NCBI GenBank assembly: GCA_027082955.1 | Contig: JALWTA010000010.1 | Span: forward strand, 9,712 to 73,711 | Direction of reading: 5' to 3' | Source of the DNA: Sulfurovum sp. | GTDB taxonomy: Bacteria > Campylobacterota > Campylobacteria > Campylobacterales > Sulfurovaceae | DNA: 64,000 nt | In this document: positions 59,917 to 64,000 of the stretch, piece by piece | How positions within the stretch are numbered: position 1 is the first letter of the stretch | Layout: each line of letters starts with the position of its first letter | The notes under the pieces: generated by a model | The model's database searches: none | Told to the model about the DNA's origin: nothing | Seen by the model: the letters and a program-made list of their open reading frames with translations, nothing else | Program-made: the position numbers and the translations under genes

Positions 59917-61001
59917 ACACTGTCTCCTAATCGTTCTCTTTGGTAGCTGCCGTCCTGTACGGCTCTCCACCATGCCTCATTGTCGAGGTACCACTGTACG
60001 GTCTTTTCCAGACCGGTTTCGAAGGTCTCCTGCGGTTTCCATCCAAGCTCCCGTTCGATCTTCGATGCATCGATAGCGTAGCGTACATCGTGTCCCGGGC
60101 GGTCTTTGACAAATGTGATAAGCTCCGAATAGCTGCGCAATGTTGAATTTTGAGTGTTGAATTTTGAATTGGCAGAAATGGGGATCTTTTTGTCAAGGAT
60201 CTGGCAGATGGTCTTGACCACTTCGATATTCTGTTTTTCGTTGTGCCCGCCGATGTTGTAGGTTTCGCCTATCTCTCCGGTTGTGGCGACGAGTACGAGT
60301 GCTCTGGCATGATCCTCAACGTAGAGCCAGTCGCGGATCTGGTCTCCTTTGCCGTAAATAGGCAGGGGTTTGCCTTCAAGGGCATTGAGAATAACAAGCG
60401 GGATGAGCTTTTCTGGGAAATGGTACGGCCCGTAGTTGTTGGAGCAGTTGGTTACCAGTGTGGGGAAACCGTAGGTACGCTGCCATGCGCGTACAAGGTG
60501 GTCTGAACTTGCTTTTGAGGCAGAGTATGGGGAACTTGGTGCGTAAGGGGTTGTTTCGGTAAAAAGATCGTCTGTACCTTCAAGGTCGCCATAGACCTCA
60601 TCGGTTGAGATGTGGTGAAAACGGAATCTCTTCTGTTTTGCCTCATCGAGGGTGTTGTAATATTTGCGTCCCTCATCCAGCAGGGTGTAGGTACCGAAAA
60701 TATTGGTCTTGATGAACTCTCCTGGGCCGTCGATGGAACGGTCTACATGGGACTCTGCCGCAAGGTGCATGACAATGTCAGGCTGATGTTCTCTGTAGAC
60801 ACGTGCGATCTCTGAAGCATCACAGATATCGACCTGCTCAAAACTGTATCGTGGAGAATCGCTGACAGACTCAAGTGATTGGAGATTTCCTGCATAGGTG
60901 AGTTTGTCCACATTGACCACTTCGTGATCGGTATTCTCGATGAGGTGGCGAATGACAGCCGATCCGATAAATCCGGCACCGCCGGTTACTAAAAACTTCA
61001 T
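59913..61001 (-). CDS. rfbB: dTDP-glucose 4,6-dehydratase (with a repeat-encoded loop insertion)
   Basis: 362 aa. Motifs [33 protein letters not shown] and [12 protein letters not shown]. Confidence 0.9.
   Translation of the reverse strand: MKFLVTGGAGFIGSAVIRHLIENTDHEVVNVDKLTYAGNLQSLESVSDSPRYSFEQVDICDASEIARVYREHQPDIVMHLAAESHVDRSIDGPGEFIKTNIFGTYTLLDEGRKYYNTLDEAKQKRFRFHHISTDEVYGDLEGTDDLFTETTPYAPSSPYSASKASSDHLVRAWQRTYGFPTLVTNCSNNYGPYHFPEKLIPLVILNALEGKPLPIYGKGDQIRDWLYVEDHARALVLVATTGEIGETYNIGGHNEKQNIEVVKTICQILDKKIPISANSKFNTQNSTLRSYSELITFVKDRPGHDVRYAIDASKIERELGWKPQETFETGLEKTVQWYLDNEAWWRAVQDGSYQRERLGDSV
60141..60168. repeat. Tandem 14-bp duplication inside rfbB (tgttgaattttgag / tgttgaattttgaa)
   Basis: Read directly from the sequence. 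There are two adjacent 14-nt units that differ at one base. Confidence 0.85.
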
Positions 61002-61832
61002 TTACTTGTCCCCCTTGTTAAAAAAATAGTTGGTTGCTTTGACAAAACCTTCGACAGAACCGCAGTCAAAACGTCTGCCTTTGAATTTGTATGCAATGAC
61101 CTTACCCTCTTTTGCCTGTTGCAGCAAGGCATCGGTAATCTGGATCTCTCCGCCTTTCCCCGGTGCTGTGCGTTTGAGGATCTCGAAGATATCCGGTGTC
61201 AGGATATAGCGTCCAATGATCGCCATATTGGTAGGCGCTTCATTGGGGGCAGGTTTTTCAATCATGTCAGTGACACGGTACGTATCGTCACTGTTGTCAA
61301 TGAGATGTCCTGCAATGATACCGTAGCGGTCTGTCTGTGCTGGTGGTACCTCTTCTATGGCGACGATGGAACACTCGTACTTCTCATACACCTTGACCAT
61401 CTGTTTCAGTATAGGGTCATGGGGAGCGTTGTCGCACAGGTCGTCTGCCAGCAGTACAGCAAAAGGTTCATTGCCAATGAGGGTTTCTCCGGTCAGGATG
61501 GCATGCCCGAGTCCTTTCATTTCGGTCTGTCTAGTGTAGGAGAAGGTGCATTGGCTGATCAGTGCACGGATCTCGTCAAGCAGCGGTTCTTTACTGGTGC
61601 CTTTGATCTGGTGTTCGAGCTCGTAAGAGATATCGAAATGATCCTCAATGGCACGCTTGCCGCGTCCTGTGACGATAGCCATGGTTGTGATACCGGCATC
61701 GAGTGCCTCTTCGACACCGTATTGGATGAGCGGTTTGGTCAGTACAGGCAGCATCTCTTTTGGGGTCGCTTTGGTAGCGGGAAGGAAGCGCGTACCGTAT
61801 CCGGCAGCGGGAAATAGACACTTTTTGATCAA
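61002..61832 (-). CDS. galU: UTP-glucose-1-phosphate uridylyltransferase
   Basis: 276 aa. It has CLFPAAGYGTRFLPATKATPKEMLPV and LLADDL. Confidence 0.9.
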   Translation of the reverse strand: MIKKCLFPAAGYGTRFLPATKATPKEMLPVLTKPLIQYGVEEALDAGITTMAIVTGRGKRAIEDHFDISYELEHQIKGTSKEPLLDEIRALISQCTFSYTRQTEMKGLGHAILTGETLIGNEPFAVLLADDLCDNAPHDPILKQMVKVYEKYECSIVAIEEVPPAQTDRYGIIAGHLIDNSDDTYRVTDMIEKPAPNEAPTNMAIIGRYILTPDIFEILKRTAPGKGGEIQITDALLQQAKEGKVIAYKFKGRRFDCGSVEGFVKATNYFFNKGDK

Positions 61833-61888
61833 GAAACATCCTTTAAAGATAATCCTGATATTTTAGCGTATTTGTTATTAGGGTTGCG

Positions 61889-63112
61889 TTAGCCCTTTTG
61901 TGCAGCGAGCTTCTCTTTTAAAATGATCTTCCCTGCTTCCACACCGGGTTGGTCATAGGTGTTGACATCAATGAGTTCCCCTACGAGAGAGGTGAGCAGT
62001 TCATAGTAGAATATCAGTGCGCCGGCAGTATATTCGCCGGTATTGGGAATGGTGATCACATCAACAGGGATGTCCTTTTCATTCAGCAGTGCTTCCATGA
62101 CAGAATCGCACTGCATATTGATGAGTGTTTCGAAAGGGAGACCGTTGAGAGCATCGAGTATTTCAAGGTTGGGAAGGCTGATATCGGAGATCATGGTATG
62201 GTCATTGAAATCTTCGATTTTGATGAATGTGACCGACTTGTCTCTGGTACCTTCCATGATAAGCTGCAGGAAAGAGTGCTGATCTTTGGGACCGATCAGC
62301 CCGATAGGGGTCAAACCGACATGGAATGCTGAATGGCGCTGGTGCTTGCCGAGACTTTCCCCCCAAAGCTGTACGTACCATTCACAGAAATATTTGAGTG
62401 ACTCGGAATAGGCAAAGAGGCAATTAATGTGATATTGTGCATGATGTTTGGCATAGTAAGCGGCTTTGTTGAGCAGTGTTTCCTGCATATAACCGGCATT
62501 GAAGAAGCTCTCTTTAATGCTCTGTGCACCTTTGAGCAGCGTATGGATATCGATACCGCATAATGCGAGCGGCAGTAATCCTACAGTAGAAAGAACCGAG
62601 AAGCGTCCACCTACATTCGCAGGCAGGTGGAGGACATCGGCACGAATCGTGTGTGCATACCGTTCAAGTGGTGAACCGGGATCGGTAATAAACGTATAGG
62701 ATTGCGGATCATTATGGAGTGAGTAGATGTACTTGTAGATGGCAAATGTCTCGACAGTGGTACCTGATTTGGAGATGACCAGGAAATGAGTTTTATCCAG
62801 CACAATATCATGAAGCAGTGCAGTTAAATTGACCGGGTCGGTACTTTCAAAGAAAAAGAGTCTGCGTGTAAGTGTTCTGACAGGGCGAATGAACTCATAG
62901 ACCGCTTTTGCTCCCAAAGAGCTTCCTCCAATACCTATAACGACAATGTTCTCTACGGTTTCTGGTATTTTTTGACAATAGTTCGTAATGGCAGAGGTAT
63001 CTTGCTCAGGTAAACCATAATAGCCTATGTGCTTTTGCTCTGCTTTGATCGCTTCGAATGCATGCTGTTTGGTTTTGTTGTCAGAGCAGGGGAAATAGAG
63101 TTTGTTTATCAT
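61889..63112 (-). CDS. pgi: Glucose-6-phosphate isomerase (short form)
   Basis: 407 aa. It has IGIGGSSLGAKA and ISKSGTTVET. Confidence 0.85.
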   Translation of the reverse strand: MINKLYFPCSDNKTKQHAFEAIKAEQKHIGYYGLPEQDTSAITNYCQKIPETVENIVVIGIGGSSLGAKAVYEFIRPVRTLTRRLFFFESTDPVNLTALLHDIVLDKTHFLVISKSGTTVETFAIYKYIYSLHNDPQSYTFITDPGSPLERYAHTIRADVLHLPANVGGRFSVLSTVGLLPLALCGIDIHTLLKGAQSIKESFFNAGYMQETLLNKAAYYAKHHAQYHINCLFAYSESLKYFCEWYVQLWGESLGKHQRHSAFHVGLTPIGLIGPKDQHSFLQLIMEGTRDKSVTFIKIEDFNDHTMISDISLPNLEILDALNGLPFETLINMQCDSVMEALLNEKDIPVDVITIPNTGEYTAGALIFYYELLTSLVGELIDVNTYDQPGVEAGKIILKEKLAAQKG

Positions 63113-63135
63113 GAATAGACTCCTTTGGGAGTTAG

Positions 63136-63163
63136 TGGGTAGCGGGTAGTGGGTAGTGGGTAG
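63136..63163. repeat. Tandem heptamer array (T/C)GGGTAG x4
   Basis: tgggtag cgggtag tgggtag tgggtag, read directly from the sequence. It lies between the four-helix-bundle ORF stop and the pgi start. Confidence 0.85.
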
Positions 63164-63173
63164 AAATTTGACA

Positions 63174-63527
63174 TTATGGGTTTGCCTTTGTAATAAGGTT
63201 TCTTTTTAAACCGTTAAGCATTTTGAGAAGTTCGTTGGCTTCTTTAATCCATAGAAAGCCTATATCTTTTTCAATATAATAAATTTCAATGCCAATATAG
63301 ATCTGGGTGATCAGTTCTGCTGTGGAACCTTTTGAGATTTCAAGAAAACGGATATTTTCTTTAAAAGATTCTTTTTCCATTCCTTCGGCAATATTACTTG
63401 CAATAGACAAAGAACTGCGTGTAATTTGATCTTTAAATGAAAAATCCTTGTTCTCTTTAAAGTAGGTATATATTTCTACACTTAAACGGCAAGCTCTTTC
63501 CCAGACATCGAGTTTTTCACATTTCAT
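63174..63527 (-). CDS. Four-helix-bundle protein (23S rRNA intervening-sequence protein / Avd-like family)
   Basis: 117 aa. LDVWERACRLSVEIYTYF, DQITRSSLSIASNIAEG and GSTAELITQ are hallmark motifs of this family. Confidence 0.85.
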   Translation of the reverse strand: MKCEKLDVWERACRLSVEIYTYFKENKDFSFKDQITRSSLSIASNIAEGMEKESFKENIRFLEISKGSTAELITQIYIGIEIYYIEKDIGFLWIKEANELLKMLNGLKRNLITKANP

Positions 63528-63559
63528 AGATATATTTGACCTTTCTACCTATCTACTCG

Positions 63560-64000
63560 CTACATACTTAGCACTAACTGCTTTGCAGTTTCAATAAGCT
63601 TATTGACCTTCTCTTCATACATTTTTGCCAAGGTAGCATCGGTTGATTCAAACCGTGTGACCAGTACCGGGGTGGTGTTGGATGCACGTACCAGTCCCCA
63701 GCCCTTTTCAAAGTTGATGCGAACACCGTCTACATCGATGATACTTTTGATAACAGGGAAATCTGCCGGAGGGGTTTCAAGCAGCTCTTTGACCTTGTCG
63801 ATGATGGCGAACTTCTCCTCTTCAGTTGTCTCAACCTTGATCTCTTCGGTTGAAAAGACTTGAGGAAGGGCATCGAGTTCTTTGTCAAGGTCGATGCCCT
63901 GTGCCACCAGTTCCAGCATACGCAGGGTGGCATAGATGGCATCATCGTAACCGAAGTAGCGGTGTTTGAAGAAGATGTGACCGCTCACTTCACAGGCGAG
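63560..64000 (-). CDS. Phosphomannomutase/phosphoglucomutase, C-terminal part (the gene continues beyond the window)
   Basis: The reading frame stays open to the window edge, where it reads ...LACEVSGHIFF. The SGHIFFKHRYFGYDDAIYA sugar-binding loop and the C-terminal domain 4 are typical of ManB/AlgC/PGM. Confidence 0.8.
   Translation of the reverse strand, partial: LACEVSGHIFFKHRYFGYDDAIYATLRMLELVAQGIDLDKELDALPQVFSTEEIKVETTEEEKFAIIDKVKELLETPPADFPVIKSIIDVDGVRINFEKGWGLVRASNTTPVLVTRFESTDATLAKMYEEKVNKLIETAKQLVLSM

Noticed and set aside
63136-63163. The heptamer array as a CRISPR or minisatellite locus
   Set aside because: It has only four 7-nt units with no spacers, so it has no CRISPR architecture. 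I retained it only as part of the flanks of the four-helix-bundle cassette.
1-64000. Mobile-element boundaries (IS, integrase, tRNA attachment site, long terminal inverted repeats) that would explain the mosaic locus
   Set aside because: I saw no transposase-, integrase- or recombinase-like ORF and no tRNA-like sequence. The only long repeat is the direct MBOAT duplication. Mosaicism is therefore inferred only from composition and the TA insertions.

Overview
This 64-kb window is almost entirely cell-envelope glycan biosynthesis DNA. I call 58 CDS that tile it nearly gap-free. I could not recognise any rRNA, tRNA, CRISPR array, transposase or integrase. The host is probably Campylobacterota-like. 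That is an inference from recurring TGnTATAAT promoters without a -35 box, pgl-type bacillosamine genes, a ~406-aa Pgi and the HldE N-terminus. Layout by coordinate: (1) 0-4.8 kb holds LPS-core heptose genes (hldE fragment, hldD, gmhB), an MsbA-like exporter and a WbaP-like initiating transferase. (2) 4.9-14.2 kb holds a secreted SGNH esterase and two MBOAT/partner O-acylation pairs. The first 395 codons of the two MBOAT genes are nucleotide-identical, forming a perfect 1,190-bp direct repeat with a 5,038-bp period. The repeat brackets rfbC and an unusual rfbD-COG4091/SAF fusion gene. (3) 14-32 kb holds AT3 acyltransferases and a gtrB-ydjC-gtrA module that resembles the Lgm/NaxD amino-sugar systems. 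It also holds a 1,057-aa RgpF-GT2-GT4 enzyme, ugd, and a second polyprenyl-P-sugar synthase/GT-C pair with an MprF-flippase-like protein. (4) 32.5-39 kb holds a GH140-like hydrolase, a 911-aa triple-GT2 enzyme and wzm/wzt. (5) 39-57 kb looks AT-richer by eye and carries a WaaL-like ligase, Wzz, pglFED/C-like genes, a Wzx/Wzy cassette and L-RhaNAc/L-QuiNAc-type and GalNAcA-type sugar-nucleotide genes. Two MazF/PemK-like toxin-antitoxin pairs are wedged inside sugar operons in this block. (6) 59-64 kb holds rfbAB, galU, pgi, a four-helix-bundle (IVS/Avd-like) ORF cassette with flanking repeats, and a partial pmm/pgm. The most unusual signals are the perfect MBOAT repeat cassette, a periplasmic module shared by three otherwise unrelated proteins, the deacetylase-containing gtr module, and the TA pairs. 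All calls rest on motifs read by eye. No database search or computation was run, and domain boundaries are approximate.
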